DNA from: Macrostomum lignano
Taxonomy: Eukaryota
Assembly: GCA_002269645.1 (NCBI GenBank)
Contig: NIVC01001970.1
Location: 1 to 64,000, forward strand
Direction of reading: 5' to 3'
DNA: 64,000 bases
Every line of letters starts with the position of its first letter. Within the stretch, counting starts at the first letter, position 1. A program made the position numbers and the translations under genes. The notes under the pieces are model-generated. The model saw only the letters and a program-made list of their open reading frames with translations, did not search any database and was not told the DNA's origin. Shown in pieces: positions 44,901-59,900 of this stretch.

Positions 44901-47900
44901 CGGAGCCGACCATGAAGGATGTCTCAAGGAACGAAGCGCATTCTCTCACTTCTAGCTCTTCTTTGTAGCGCATTGTCGAGTCCGATGTCTGCAGCATCTC
45001 ACAGACGCCCATGTCCGTCCTACTTCTGTTTCGCTCGAACGGAGCCGACCATGACCGAAGTCTCGAGGAAGGATGCGCACTCTCTTACTTCAAGCTCTTC
45101 CTTGTAGCGTACCGACCCGACTGATGTCTGCAGCATCTCACAGACGCCCATGTCCTCCACATCCTGTTTCGCTCGAACGGAGCCGACCATGAAGGATGTC
45201 TCAAGGAACGAAGCGCATTCTCTCACTTCTAGCTCTTCTTTGTAGCGCATTGTCGAGTCCGATGTCTGCAGCATCTCACAGAAGCCCATGCTGTCTACTT
45301 CTTGTTTCGCTCGAACGGAGCCGACCATGACCGAAGTCTCGAGGAAGGATGCGCACTCTCTTACTCCAAGCTCTTCCTTGTAGCGTACCGACCCGACTGA
45401 TGTCTGCAGCATCTCACAGACGCCCATGTCCTCCACATCCTGTTTCGCTCGAACGGAGCCGACCATGAAGGATGTCTCAAGGAACGAAGCGCATTCTCTC
45501 ACTTCCAGCTCTTCTTTGTAGCGCATGTCGAGTCCGATGTCTGCAGCATCTCACAGAGCCCATGCCGTCTACTTCTGTTTCGCTCGAACGGAGCCGACCA
45601 TGACCGAAGTCTCGAGGAAGGATGCGCACTCTCTTACTTCAAGCTCTTCCTTGTAGCGTACCGACCCGACTGATGTCTGCAGCATCTCACAGACGCCCAT
45701 GTCCTCCACATCCTGTTTCGCTCGAACGGAGCCGACCATGAAGGATGTCTCAAGGAACGAAGCGCATTCTCTCACTTCTAGCTCTTCTTTGTAGCGCATT
45801 GTCGAGTCCGATGTCTGCAGCATCTCACAGAAGCCCATGCCTCTACTTCTTGTTTCGCTCGAACGGAGCCGACCATGACCGAAGTCTCGAGGAAGGATGC
45901 GCACTCTCTTACTTCAAGCTCTTCCTTGTAGCGTACCGACCCGACTGATGTCTGCAGCATCTCACAGACGCCCATGTCCTCCACATCCTGTTTCGCTCGA
46001 ACGGAGCCGACCATGAAGGATGTCTCAAGGAACGAAGCGCATTCTCTCACTTCTAGCTCTTCTTTGTAGCGCATTGTCGAGTCCGATGTCTGCAGCATCT
46101 CACAGACGCCCATGTCCTCCACATCCTGTTTCGCTCGAACGGAGCCGACCATGAAGGATGTCTCAAGGAACGAAGCGCATTCTCTCACTTCTAGCTCTTC
46201 TTTGTAGCGCATTGTCGAGTCCGATGTCTGCAGCATCTCACAGACGCCCATGTCCTCCACATCCTGTTTCGCTCGAACGGAGCCGACCATGACCGAAGTC
46301 TCGAGGAAGGATGCGCACTCTCTTACTTCAAGCTCTTCCTTGTAGCGTACCGACCCGACTGATGTCTGCAGCATCTCACAGACGCCCATGTCCTCCACAT
46401 CCTGTTTCGCTCGAACGGAGCCGACCATGAAGGATGTCTCAAGGAACGAAGCGCATTCTCTCACTTCAGCTCTTCTTTGTAGCGCATTGTCGAGTCCGAT
46501 GTCTGCAGCATCTCACAGACGCCCATGCCGTCTACATCTGTTTCGCTCGAACGGAGCCGACCATGACCGAAGTCTCGAGGAAGGATGCGCACTCTCTTAC
46601 TTCAAGCTCTTCCTTGTAGCGTACCGACCCGACTGATGTCTGCAGCATCTCACAGACGCCCATGTCCTCCACATCCTGTTTCGCTCGAACGGAGCCGACC
46701 ATGAAGGATGTCTCAAGGAACGAAGCGCATTCTCTCACTTCTAGCTCTTCTTTGTAGCGCATTGTCGAGTCCGATGTCTGCAGCATCTCACAGACGCCCA
46801 TGTCCTCCACATCCTGTTTCGCTCGAACGGAGCCGACCATGACCGAAGTCTCGAGGAAGGATGCGCACTCTCTTACTTCAAGCTCTTCCTTGTAGCGTAC
46901 CGACCCGACTGATGTCTGCAGCATCTCACAGACGCCCATGTCCTCCACATCCTGTTTCGCTCGAACGGAGCCGACCATGAAGGATGTCTCAAGGAACGAA
47001 GCGCATTCTCTCACTTCAGCTCTTCTTTGTAGCGCATTGTCGAGTCCGATGTCTGCAGCATCTCACAGACGCCCATGCCGTCTACTTCTGTTTCGCTCGA
47101 ACGGAGCCGACCATGACCGAAGTCTCGAGGAAGGATGCGCACTCTCTTACTTCAAGCTCTTCCTTGTAGCGTACCGACCCGACTGATGTCTGCAGCATCT
47201 CACAGACGCCCATGTCCTCCACATCCTGTTTCGCTCGAACGGAGCCGACCATGAAGGATGTCTCAAGGAACGAAGCGCATTCTCTCACTTCTAGCTCTTC
47301 TTTGTAGCGCATTGTCGAGTCCGATGTCTGCAGCATCTCACAGACGCCCATGTCCTCCACATCCTGTTTCGCTCGAACGGAGCCGACCATGAAGGATGTC
47401 TCAAGGAACGAAGCGCATTCTCTCACTTCTAGCTCTTCTTTGTAGCGCATTGTCGAGTCCGATGTCTGCAGCATCTCACAGACGCCCATGTCCTCCACAT
47501 CCTGTTTCGCTCGAACGGAGCCGACCATGACCGAAGTCTCGAGGAAGGATGCGCACTCTCTTACTTCAAGCTCTTCCTTGTAGCGTACCGACCCGACTGA
47601 TGTCTGCAGCATCTCACAGACGCCCATGTCCTCCACATCCTGTTTCGCTCGAACGGAGCCGACCATGACCGAAGTCTCGAGGAAGGATGCGCACTCTCTT
47701 ACTTCAAGCTCTTCTTTGTAGCGTACCGACCCGACTGATGTCTGCAGCATCTCACAGACGCCCATGTCCTCCACATCCTGTTTCGCTCGAACGGAGCCGA
47801 CCATGAAGGATGTCTCAAGGAACGAAGCGCATTCTCTCACTTCAGCTCTTCTTTGTAGCGCATTGTCGAGTCCGATGTCTGCAGCATCTCACAGACGCCC

Positions 47901-50900
47901 ATGTCCTCCACATCCTGTTTCGCTCGAACGGAGCCGACCATGACCGAAGTCTCGAGGAAGGATGCGCACTCTCTTACTTCAAGCTCTTCCTTGTAGCGTA
48001 CCGACCCGACTGATGTCTGCAGCATCTCACAGACGCCCATGTCCTCCACATCCTGTTTCGCTCGAACGGAGCCGACCATGAAGGATGTCTCAAGGAACGA
48101 AGCGCATTCTCTCACTTCAGCTCTTCTTTGTAGCGCATTGTCGAGTCCGATGTCTGCAGCATCTCACAGACGCCCATGCCTCACATCTGTTTCGCTCGAA
48201 CGGAGCCGACCATGACCGAAGTCTCAAGGAAGGATGCGCACTCTCTTACTTCAAGCTCTTCCTTGTAGCGTACCGACCCGACTGATGTCTGCAGCATCTC
48301 ACAGACGCCCATGTCCTCCACATCCTGTTTCGCTCGAACGGAGCCGACCATGAAGGATGTCTCAAGGAACGAAGCGCATTCTCTCACTTCTAGCTCTTCT
48401 TTGTAGCGCATTGTCGAGTCCGATGTCTGCAGCATCTCACAGACGCCCATGTCCTCACTTCTGTTTCGCTCGAACGGAGCCGACCATGACGAAGTCTCGA
48501 GGAAGGATGCGCACTCTCTTACTTCAAGCTCTTCCTTGTAGCGTACCGACCCGACTGATGTCTGCAGCATCTCACAGACGCCCATGTCCTCCACATCCTG
48601 TTTCGCTCGAACGGAGCCGACCATGACCGAAGTCTCGAGGAAGGATGCGCACTCTCTTACTTCAAGCTCTTCTTTGTAGCGTACCGACCCGACTGATGTC
48701 TGCAGCATCTCACAGACGCCCATGTCCTCCACATCCTGTTTCGCTCGAACGGAGCCGACCATGAAGGATGTCTCAAGGAACGAAGCGCATTCTCTCACTT
48801 CTAGCTCTTCTTGTAGCGCATTGTCGAGTCCGATGTCTGCAGCATCTCACAGACGCCCATGTCCTCCACATCCTGTTTCGCTCGAACGGAGCCGACCATG
48901 ACCGAAGTCTCGAGGAAGGATGCGCACTCTCTTACTTCAAGCTCTTCCTTGTAGCGTACCGACCCGACTGATGTCTGCAGCATCTCACAGACGCCCATGT
49001 CCTCCACATCCTGTTTCGCTCGAACGGAGCCGACCATGAAGGATGTCTCAAGGAACGAAGCGCATTCTCTCACTTCAGCTCTTCTTTGTAGCGCATTGTC
49101 GAGTCCGATGTCTGCAGCATCTCACAGACGCCCATGTCCTACATCTGTTTCGCTCGAACGGAGCCGACCATGACCGAAGTCTCGAGGAAGGATGCGCACT
49201 CTCTTACTTCAAGCTCTTCCTTGTAGCGTACCGACCCGACTGATGTCTGCAGCATCTCACAGACGCCCATGTCCTCCACATCCTGTTTCGCTCGAACGGA
49301 GCCGACCATGAAGGATGTCTCAAGGAACGAAGCGCATTCTCTCACTTCTAGCTCTTCTTTGTAGCGCATTGTCGAGTCCGATGTCTGCAGCATCTCACAG
49401 ACGCCCATGCCTCACATCCTGTTTCGCTCGAACGGAGCCGACCATGACCGAAGTCTCGAGGAAGGATGCGCACTCTCTTACTTCAAGCTCTTCCTTGTAG
49501 CGTACCGACCCGACTGATGTCTGCAGCATCTCACAGACGCCCATGTCCTCCACATCCTGTTTCGCTCGAACGGAGCCGACCATGAAGGATGTCTCAAGGA
49601 ACGAAGCGCATTCTCTCACTTCTAGCTCTTCTTTGTAGCGCATTGTCGAGTCCGATGTCTGCAGCATCTCACAGACGCCCATGTCCTCCACATCCTGTTT
49701 CGCTCGAACGGAGCCGACCATGACCGAAGTCTCGAGGAAGGATGCGCACTCTCTTACTTCAAGCTCTTCCTTGTAGCGTACCGACCCGACTGATGTCTGC
49801 AGCATCTCACAGACGCCCATGTCCTCCACATCCTGTTTCGCTCGAACGGAGCCGACCATGAAGGATGTCTCAAGGAACGAAGCGCATTCTCTCACTTCTA
49901 GCTCTTCTTTGTAGCGCATTGTCGAGTCCGATGTCTGCAGCATCTCACAGACGCCCATGTCCTCCACATCCTGTTTCGCTCGAACGGAGCCGACCATGAC
50001 CGAAGTCTCGAGGAAGGATGCGCACTCTCTTACTTCAAGCTCTTCCTTGTAGCGTACCGACCCGACTGATGTCTGCAGCATCTCACAGACGCCCATGTCC
50101 TCCACATCCTGTTTCGCTCGAACGGAGCCGACCATGAAGGATGTCTCAAGGAACGAAGCGCATTCTCTCACTTCTAGCTCTTCTTTGTAGCGCATTGTCG
50201 AGTCCGATGTCTGCAGCATCTCACAGACGCCCATGTCCTCCACATCCTGTTTCGCTCGAACGGAGCCGACCATGACCGAAGTCTCGAGGAAGGATGCGCA
50301 CTCTCTTACTTCAAGCTCTTCCTTGTAGCGTACCGACCCGACTGATGTCTGCAGCATCTCACAGACGCCCATGTCCTCCACATCCTGTTTCGCTCGAACG
50401 GAGCCGACCATGACCGAAGTCTCGAGGAAGGATGCGCACTCTCTTACTTCAAGCTCTTCCTTGTAGCGTACCGACCCGACTGATGTCTGCAGCATCTCAC
50501 AGACGCCCATGTCCTCCACATCCTGTTTCGCTCGAACGGAGCCGACCATGAAGGATGTCTCAAGGAACGAAGCGCATTCTCTCACTTCTAGCTCTTCTTT
50601 GTAGCGCATTGTCGAGTCCGATGTCTGCAGCATCTCACAGACGCCCATGTCCTCCACATCCTGTTTCGCTCGAACGGAGCCGACCATGACCGAAGTCTCG
50701 AGGAAGGATGCGCACTCTCTTACTTCAAGCTCTTCCTTGTAGCGTACCGACCCGACTGATGTCTGCAGCATCTCACAGACGCCCATGTCCTCCACATCCT
50801 GTTTCGCTCGAACGGAGCCGACCATGAAGGATGTCTCAAGGAACGAAGCGCATTCTCTCACTTCAGCTCTTCTTTGTAGCGCATTGTCGAGTCCGATGTC

Positions 50901-53900
50901 TGCAGCATCTCACAGACGCCCATGTCCTCCACATCCTGTTTCGCTCGAACGGAGCCGACCATGAAGGATGTCTCAAGGAAGGAGCGCATTCTCTTACTTC
51001 AAGCTCTTCTTGTAGCGCGTCGAGTCCGATGTCTGCAGCATCTCACAGACGCCCATGTCCTCCACATCCTGTTTCGCTCGAACGGAGCCGACCATGAAGG
51101 ATGTCTCAAGGAACGAAGCGCATTCTCTCACTTCTAGCTCTTCTTTGTAGCGCATTGTCGAGTCCGATGTCTGCAGCATCTCACAGACGCCCATGTCCTC
51201 CACATCCTGTTTCGCTCGAACGGAGCCGACCATGACCGAAGTCTCGAGGAAGGATGCGCACTCTCTTACTTCAAGCTCTTCTTGTAGCGTACCGACCCGA
51301 CTGATGTCTGCAGCATCTCACAGACGCCCATGTCCTCCACATCCTGTTTCGCTCGAACGGAGCCGACCATGAAGGATGTCTCAAGGAACGAAGCGCATTC
51401 TCTCACTTCTAGCTCTTCTTTGTAGCGCATTGTCGAGTCCGATGTCTGCAGCATCTCACAGACGCCCATGTCCTCCACATCCTGTTTCGCTCGAACGGAG
51501 CCGACCATGAAGGAGTCTCAAGGAACGAGCGCATTCTCTCACTTCAAGCTCTTCTTTGTAGCGCATTGTCGAGTCCGATGTCTGCAGCATCTCACAGACG
51601 CCCATGTCCTCCACATCCTGTTTCGCTCGAACGGAGCCGACCATGAGAAGTCTCAAGGAACGAGCGCATTCTCTCACTTCAAGCTCTTCTTTGTAGCGCG
51701 TACCGACCGACTGATGTCTGCAGCATCTCACAGACGCCCATGTCCTCCACATCCTGTTTCGCTCGAACGGAGCCGACCATGACCGAAGTCTCGAGGAAGG
51801 ATGCGCACTCTCTTACTTCAAGCTCTTCTTTGTAGCGTACCGACCCGACTGATGTCTGCAGCATCTCACAGACGCCCATGTCCTCCACATCCTGTTTCGC
51901 TCGAACGGAGCCGACCATGAAGGATGTCTCAAGGAACGAAGCGCATTCTCTCACTTCTAGCTCTTCTTTGTAGCGCATTGTCGAGTCCGATGTCTGCAGC
52001 ATCTCACAGACGCCCATGTCCTCCACATCCTGTTTCGCTCGAACGGAGCCGACCATGACCGAAGTCTCGAGGAAGGATGCGCACTCTCTTACTTCAAGCT
52101 CTTCTTGTAGCGTACCGACCCGACTGATGTCTGCAGCATCTCACAGACGCCCATGTCCTCCACATCCTGTTTCGCTCGAACGGAGCCGACCATGAAGGAT
52201 GTCTCAAGGAACGAAGCGCATTCTCTCACTTCTAGCTCTTCTTTGTAGCGCATTGTCGAGTCCGATGTCTGCAGCATCTCACAGACGCCCATGTCCTCCA
52301 CTTCTTGTTTCGCTCGAACGGAGCCGACCATGACCGAAGTCTCAAGGAAGGATGCGCACTCTCTTACTTCAAGCTCTTCCTTGTAGCGTACCGACCCGAC
52401 TGATGTCTGCAGCATCTCACAGACGCCCATGTCCTCCACATCCTGTTTCGCTCGAACGGAGCCGACCATGAAGGATGTCTCAAGGAACGAAGCGCATTCT
52501 CTCACTTCCAGCTCTTCTTTGTAGCGCATTGTCGAGTCCGATGTCTGCAGCATCTCACAGACGCCCATGTCCTCCACATCCTGTTTCGCTCGAACGGAGC
52601 CGACCATGACGAAGTCTCGAGGAAGGATGCGCACTCTCTTACTTCAAGCTCTTCTTGTAGCGTACCGACCCGACTGATGTCTGCAGCATCTCACAGACGC
52701 CCATGTCCTCCACATCCTGTTTCGCTCGAACGGAGCCGACCATGACCGAAGTCTCGAGGAAGGATGCGCACTCTCTTACTTCAAGCTCTTCTTGTAGCGT
52801 ACCGACCCGACTGATGTCTGCAGCATCTCACAGACGCCCATGTCCTCCACATCCTGTTTCGCTCGAACGGAGCCGACCATGAAGGATGTCTCAAGGAACG
52901 AAGCGCATTCTCTCACTTCTAGCTCTTCTTTGTAGCGCATTGTCGAGTCCGATGTCTGCAGCATCTCACAGACGCCCATGTCCTCCACATCCTGTTTCGC
53001 TCGAACGGAGCCGACCATGACCGAAGTCTCGAGGAAGGATGCGCACTCTCTTACTTCAAGCTCTTCCTTGTAGCGTACCGACCCGACTGATGTCTGCAGC
53101 ATCTCACAGACGCCCATGTCCTCCACATCCTGTTTCGCTCGAACGGAGCCGACCATGAAGGATGTCTCAAGGAACGAAGCGCATTCTCTCACTTCTAGCT
53201 CTTCTTTGTAGCGCATTGTCGAGTCCGATGTCTGCAGCATCTCACAGACGCCCATGCCTCACATCCTGTTTCGCTCGAACGGAGCCGACCATGACCGAAG
53301 TCTCGAGGAAGGATGCGCACTCTCTTACTTCAAGCTCTTCCTTGTAGCGTACCGACCCGACTGATGTCTGCAGCATCTCACAGACGCCCATGTCCTCCAC
53401 ATCCTGTTTCGCTCGAACGGAGCCGACCATGAAGGATGTCTCAAGGAACGAAGCGCATTCTCTCACTTCTAGCTCTTCTTTGTAGCGCATTGTCGAGTCC
53501 GATGTCTGCAGCATCTCACAGACGCCCATGCCGTCTACATCTGTTTCGCTCGAACGGAGCCGACCATGACCGAAGTCTCGAGGAAGGATGCGCACTCTCT
53601 TACTTCAAGCTCTTCCTTGTAGCGTACCGACCCGACTGATGTCTGCAGCATCTCACAGACGCCCATGTCCTCCACATCCTGTTTCGCTCGAACGGAGCCG
53701 ACCATGAAGGATGTCTCAAGGAACGAAGCGCATTCTCTCACTTCTAGCTCTTCTTTGTAGCGCATTGTCGAGTCCGATGTCTGCAGCATCTCACAGACGC
53801 CCATGCCTCTACATCTGTTTCGCTCGAACGGAGCCGACCATGACCGAAGTCTCGAGGAAGGATGCGCACTCTCTTACTTCAAGCTCTTCCTTGTAGCGTA

Positions 53901-56900
53901 CCGACCCGACTGATGTCTGCAGCATCTCACAGACGCCCATGTCCTCCACATCCTGTTTCGCTCGAACGGAGCCGACCATGAAGGATGTCTCAAGGAACGA
54001 AGCGCATTCTCTCACTTCTAGCTCTTCTTTGTAGCGCATTGTCGAGTCCGATGTCTGCAGCATCTCACAGACGCCCATGTCCTCCACATCCTGTTTCGCT
54101 CGAACGGAGCCGACCATGACCGAAGTCTCGAGGAAGGATGCGCACTCTCTTACTTCAAGCTCTTCCTTGTAGCGTACCGACCCGACTGATGTCTGCAGCA
54201 TCTCACAGACGCCCATGTCCTCCACATCCTGTTTCGCTCGAACGGAGCCGACCATGAAGGATGTCTCAAGGAACGAAGCGCATTCTCTCACTTCTAGCTC
54301 TTCTTTGTAGCGCATTGTCGAGTCCGATGTCTGCAGCATCTCACAGACGCCCATGTCCTCCACATCCTGTTTCGCTCGAACGGAGCCGACCATGACCGAA
54401 GTCTCGAGGAAGGATGCGCACTCTCTTACTTCAAGCTCTTCCTTGTAGCGTACCGACCCGACTGATGTCTGCAGCATCTCACAGACGCCCATGTCCTCCA
54501 CATCCTGTTTCGCTCGAACGGAGCCGACCATGACCGAAGTCTCAAGGAAGGATGCGCACTCTCTTACTTCAAGCTCTTCTTGTAGCGTACCGACCCGACT
54601 GATGTCTGCAGCATCTCACAGACGCCCATGTCCTCCACATCCTGTTTCGCTCGAACGGAGCCGACCATGAAGGATGTCTCAAGGAACGAAGCGCATTCTC
54701 TCACTTCTAGCTCTTCTTTGTAGCGCATTGTCGAGTCCGATGTCTGCAGCATCTCACAGACGCCCATGTCCTCCACATCCTGTTTCGCTCGAACGGAGCC
54801 GACCATGACCGAAGTCTCGAGGAAGGATGCGCACTCTCTTACTTCAAGCTCTTCTTGTAGCGTACCGACCCGACTGATGTCTGCAGCATCTCACAGACGC
54901 CCATGTCCTCCACATCCTGTTTCGCTCGAACGGAGCCGACCATGAAGGATGTCTCAAGGAACGAAGCGCATTCTCTCACTTCAGCTCTTCTTTGTAGCGC
55001 ATTGTCGAGTCCGATGTCTGCAGCATCTCACAGACGCCCATGTCCTCCACATCCTGTTTCGCTCGAACGGAGCCGACCATGAAGGATGTCTCAAGGAACG
55101 AAGCGCATTCTCTCACTTCTAGCTCTTCTTTGTAGCGCATTGTCGAGTCCGATGTCTGCAGCATCTCACAGACGCCCATGTCCTCCACATCCTGTTTCGC
55201 TCGAACGGAGCCGACCATGAAGGATGTCTCAAGGAACGAAGCGCATTCTCTCACTTCTAGCTCTTCTTTGTAGCGCATTGTCGAGTCCGATGTCTGCAGC
55301 ATCTCACAGACGCCCATGTCCTCCACATCCTGTTTCGCTCGAACGGAGCCGACCATGACCGAAGTCTCGAGGAACGATGCGCACTCTCTTACTTCAGCTC
55401 TTCTTGTAGCGTACCGACCGACTGATGTCTGCAGCATCTCACAGACGCCCATGTCCTCCACATCCTGTTTCGCTCGAACGGAGCCGACCATGAAGGATGT
55501 CTCAAGGAACGAAGCGCATTCTCTCACTTCAGCTCTTCTTTGTAGCGCATTGTCGAGTCCGATGTCTGCAGCATCTCACAGACGCCCATGTCCTCCACAT
55601 CCTGTTTCGCTCGAACGGAGCCGACCATGAAGGATGTCTCAAGGAACGAAGCGCATTCTCTCACTTCTAGCTCTTCTTTGTAGCGCATTGTCGAGTCCGA
55701 TGTCTGCAGCATCTCACAGACGCCCATGCCTCACATCCTGTTTCGCTCGAACGGAGCCGACCATGACCGAAGTCTCGAGGAAGGATGCGCACTCTCTTAC
55801 TTCAAGCTCTTCCTTGTAGCGTACCGACCCGACTGATGTCTGCAGCATCTCACAGACGCCCATGTCCTCCACATCCTGTTTCGCTCGAACGGAGCCGACC
55901 ATGAAGGATGTCTCAAGGAACGAAGCGCATTCTCTCACTTCTAGCTCTTCTTTGTAGCGCATTGTCGAGTCCGATGTCTGCAGCATCTCACAGACGCCCA
56001 TGTCCTCCACATCCTGTTTCGCTCGAACGGAGCCGACCATGACCGAAGTCTCGAGGAAGGATGCGCACTCTCTTACTTCAAGCTCTTCCTTGTAGCGTAC
56101 CGACCGACTGATGTCTGCAGCATCTCACAGACGCCCATGTCCTCCACATCCTGTTTCGCTCGAACGGAGCCGACCATGAAGGATGTCTCAAGGAACGAAG
56201 CGCATTCTCTCACTTCAGCTCTTCTTTGTAGCGCATTGTCGAGTCCGATGTCTGCAGCATCTCACAGACGCCCATGTCCTCCACATCCTGTTTCGCTCGA
56301 ACGGAGCCGACCATGAAGGATGTCTCAAGGAACGAAGCGCATTCTCTCACTTCTAGCTCTTCTTTGTAGCGCATTGTCGAGTCCGATGTCTGCAGCATCT
56401 CACAGACGCCCATGTCCTCCACATCCTGTTTCGCTCGAACGGAGCCGACCATGAAGGATGTCTCAAGGAACGAAGCGCATTCTCTCACTTCTAGCTCTTC
56501 TTTGTAGCGCATTGTCGAGTCCGATGTCTGCAGCATCTCACAGACGCCCATGTCCTCCACATCCTGTTTCGCTCGAACGGAGCCGACCATGAAGGATGTC
56601 TCAAGGAACGAAGCGCATTCTCTCACTTCTAGCTCTTCTTTGTAGCGCATTGTCGAGTCCGATGTCTGCAGCATCTCACAGACGCCCATGTCCTCCACAT
56701 CCTGTTTCGCTCGAACGGAGCCGACCATGACCGAAGTCTCGAGGAAGATGCGCACTCTCTTACTTCAAGCTCTTCCTTGTAGCGTACCGACCCGACTGAT
56801 GTCTGCAGCATCTCACAGACGCCCATGTCCTCCACATCCTGTTTCGCTCGAACGGAGCCGACCATGAAGGATGTCTCAAGGAACGAAGCGCATTCTCTCA

Positions 56901-59900
56901 CTTCAGCTCTTCTTTGTAGCGCATTGTCGAGTCCGATGTCTGCAGCATCTCACAGACGCCCATGTCCTCCACATCCTGTTTCGCTCGAACGGAGCCGACC
57001 ATGAAGGATGTCTCAAGGAACGAAGCGCATTCTCTCACTTCTAGCTCTTCTTTGTAGCGCATTGTCGAGTCCGATGTCTGCAGCATCTCACAGACGCCCA
57101 TGTCCTCCACATCCTGTTTCGCTCGAACGGAGCCGACCATGACCGAAGTCTCGAGGAAGGATGCGCACTCTCTTACTTCAAGCTCTTCCTTGTAGCGTAC
57201 CGACCCGACTGATGTCTGCAGCATCTCACAGACGCCCATGTCCTCCACATCCTGTTTCGCTCGAACGGAGCCGACCATGAAGGATGTCTCAAGGAACGAA
57301 GCGCATTCTCTCACTTCTAGCTCTTCTTTGTAGCGCATTGTCGAGTCCGATGTCTGCAGCATCTCACAGACGCCCATGTCCTCCACATCCTGTTTCGCTC
57401 GAACGGAGCCGACCATGAAGGATGTCTCAAGGAACGAGCGCATTCTCTCACTTCTAGCTCTTCTTGTAGCGCATTGTCGAGTCCGATGTCTGCAGCATCT
57501 CACAGACGCCCATGTCCTCCACATCCTGTTTCGCTCGAACGGAGCCGACCATGAAGGATGTCTCAAGGAACGAAGCGCATTCTCTCACTTCTAGCTCTTC
57601 TTTGTAGCGCATTGTCGAGTCCGATGTCTGCAGCATCTCACAGACGCCCATGTCCTCCACATCCTGTTTCGCTCGAACGGAGCCGACCATGACCGAAGTC
57701 TCGAGGAAGGATGCGCACTCTCTTACTTCAAGCTCTTCTTGTAGCGTACCGACCCGACTGATGTCTGCAGCATCTCACAGACGCCCATGTCCTCCACATC
57801 CTGTTTCGCTCGAACGGAGCCGACCATGAAGGATGTCTCAAGGAACGAAGCGCATTCTCTCACTTCTAGCTCTTCTTTGTAGCGCATTGTCGAGTCCGAT
57901 GTCTGCAGCATCTCACAGACGCCCATGTCCTCCACATCCTGTTTCGCTCGAACGGAGCCGACCATGACCGAAGTCTCGAGGAAGGATGCGCACTCTCTTA
58001 CTTCAAGCTCTTCCTTGTAGCGTACCGACCCGACTGATGTCTGCAGCATCTCACAGACGCCCATGTCCTCCACATCCTGTTTCGCTCGAACGGAGCCGAC
58101 CATGAAGGATGTCTCAAGGAACGAAGCGCATTCTCTCACTTCTAGCTCTTCTTTGTAGCGCATTGTCGAGTCCGATGTCTGCAGCATCTCACAGACGCCC
58201 ATGTCCTCCACATCCTGTTTCGCTCGAACGGAGCCGACCATGAAGGATGTCTCAAGGAACGAAGCGCATTCTCTCACTTCTAGCTCTTCTTTGTAGCGCA
58301 TTGTCGAGTCCGATGTCTGCAGCATCTCACAGACGCCCATGTCCTCCACATCCTGTTTCGCTCGAACGGAGCCGACCATGACCGAAGTCTCGAGGAAGGA
58401 TGCGCACTCTCTTACTTCAAGCTCTTCCTTGTAGCGTACCGACCGACTGATGTCTGCAGCATCTCACAGACGCCCATGTCCTCCACATCCTGTTTCGCTC
58501 GAACGGAGCCGACCATGAAGGATGTCTCAAGGAACGAAGCGCATTCTCTCACTTCAGCTCTTCTTTGTAGCGCATTGTCGAGTCCGATGTCTGCAGCATC
58601 TCACAGACGCCCATGTCCTCCACATCCTGTTTCGCTCGAACGGAGCCGACCATGAAGGATGTCTCAAGGAACGAAGCGCATTCTCTCACTTCTAGCTCTT
58701 CTTTGTAGCGCATTGTCGAGTCCGATGTCTGCAGCATCTCACAGACGCCCATGTCCTCCACATCCTGTTTCGCTCGAACGGAGCCGACCATGAAGGATGT
58801 CTCAAGGAACGAAGCGCATTCTCTCACTTCTAGCTCTTCTTTGTAGCGCATTGTCGAGTCCGATGTCTGCAGCATCTCACAGACGCCCATGTCCGTCCAC
58901 TTCTGTTTCGCTCGAACGGAGCCGACCATGACCGAAGTCTCGAGGAAGGATGCGCACTCTCTTACTTCAAGCTCTTCCTTGTAGCGTACCGACCCGACTG
59001 ATGTCTGCAGCATCTCACAGACGCCCATGTCCTCCACATCCTGTTTCGCTCGAACGGAGCCGACCATGAAGGATGTCTCAAGGAACGAAGCGCATTCTCT
59101 CACTTCTAGCTCTTCTTTGTAGCGCATTGTCGAGTCCGATGTCTGCAGCATCTCACAGACGCCCATGCCGTCTACTTCTTGTTTCGCTCGAACGGAGCCG
59201 ACCATGACCGAAGTCTCGAGGAAGGATGCGCACTCTCTTACTTCAAGCTCTTCCTTGTAGCGTACCGACCCGACTGATGTCTGCAGCATCTCACAGACGC
59301 CCATGTCCTCCACATCCTGTTTCGCTCGAACGGAGCCGACCATGAAGGATGTCTCAAGGAACGAAGCGCATTCTCTCACTTCTAGCTCTTCTTTGTAGCG
59401 CATTGTCGAGTCCGATGTCTGCAGCATCTCACAGACGCCCATGCCGTCTACTTCTTGTTTCGCTCGAACGGAGCCGACCATGACCGAAGTCTCGAGGAAG
59501 GATGCGCACTCTCTTACTTCAAGCTCTTCCTTGTAGCGTACCGACCCGACTGATGTCTGCAGCATCTCACAGACGCCCATGTCCTCCACATCCTGTTTCG
59601 CTCGAACGGAGCCGACCATGAAGGATGTCTCAAGGAACGAAGCGCATTCTCTCACTTCTAGCTCTTCTTTGTAGCGCATTGTCGAGTCCGATGTCTGCAG
59701 CATCTCACAGACGCCCATGCCGTCTACTTCTGTTTCGCTCGAACGGAGCCGACCATGACCGAAGTCTCGAGGAAGGATGCGCACTCTCTTACTTCAAGCT
59801 CTTCCTTGTAGCGTACCGACCCGACTGATGTCTGCAGCATCTCACAGACGCCCATGTCCTCCACATCCTGTTTCGCTCGAACGGAGCCGACCATGAAGGA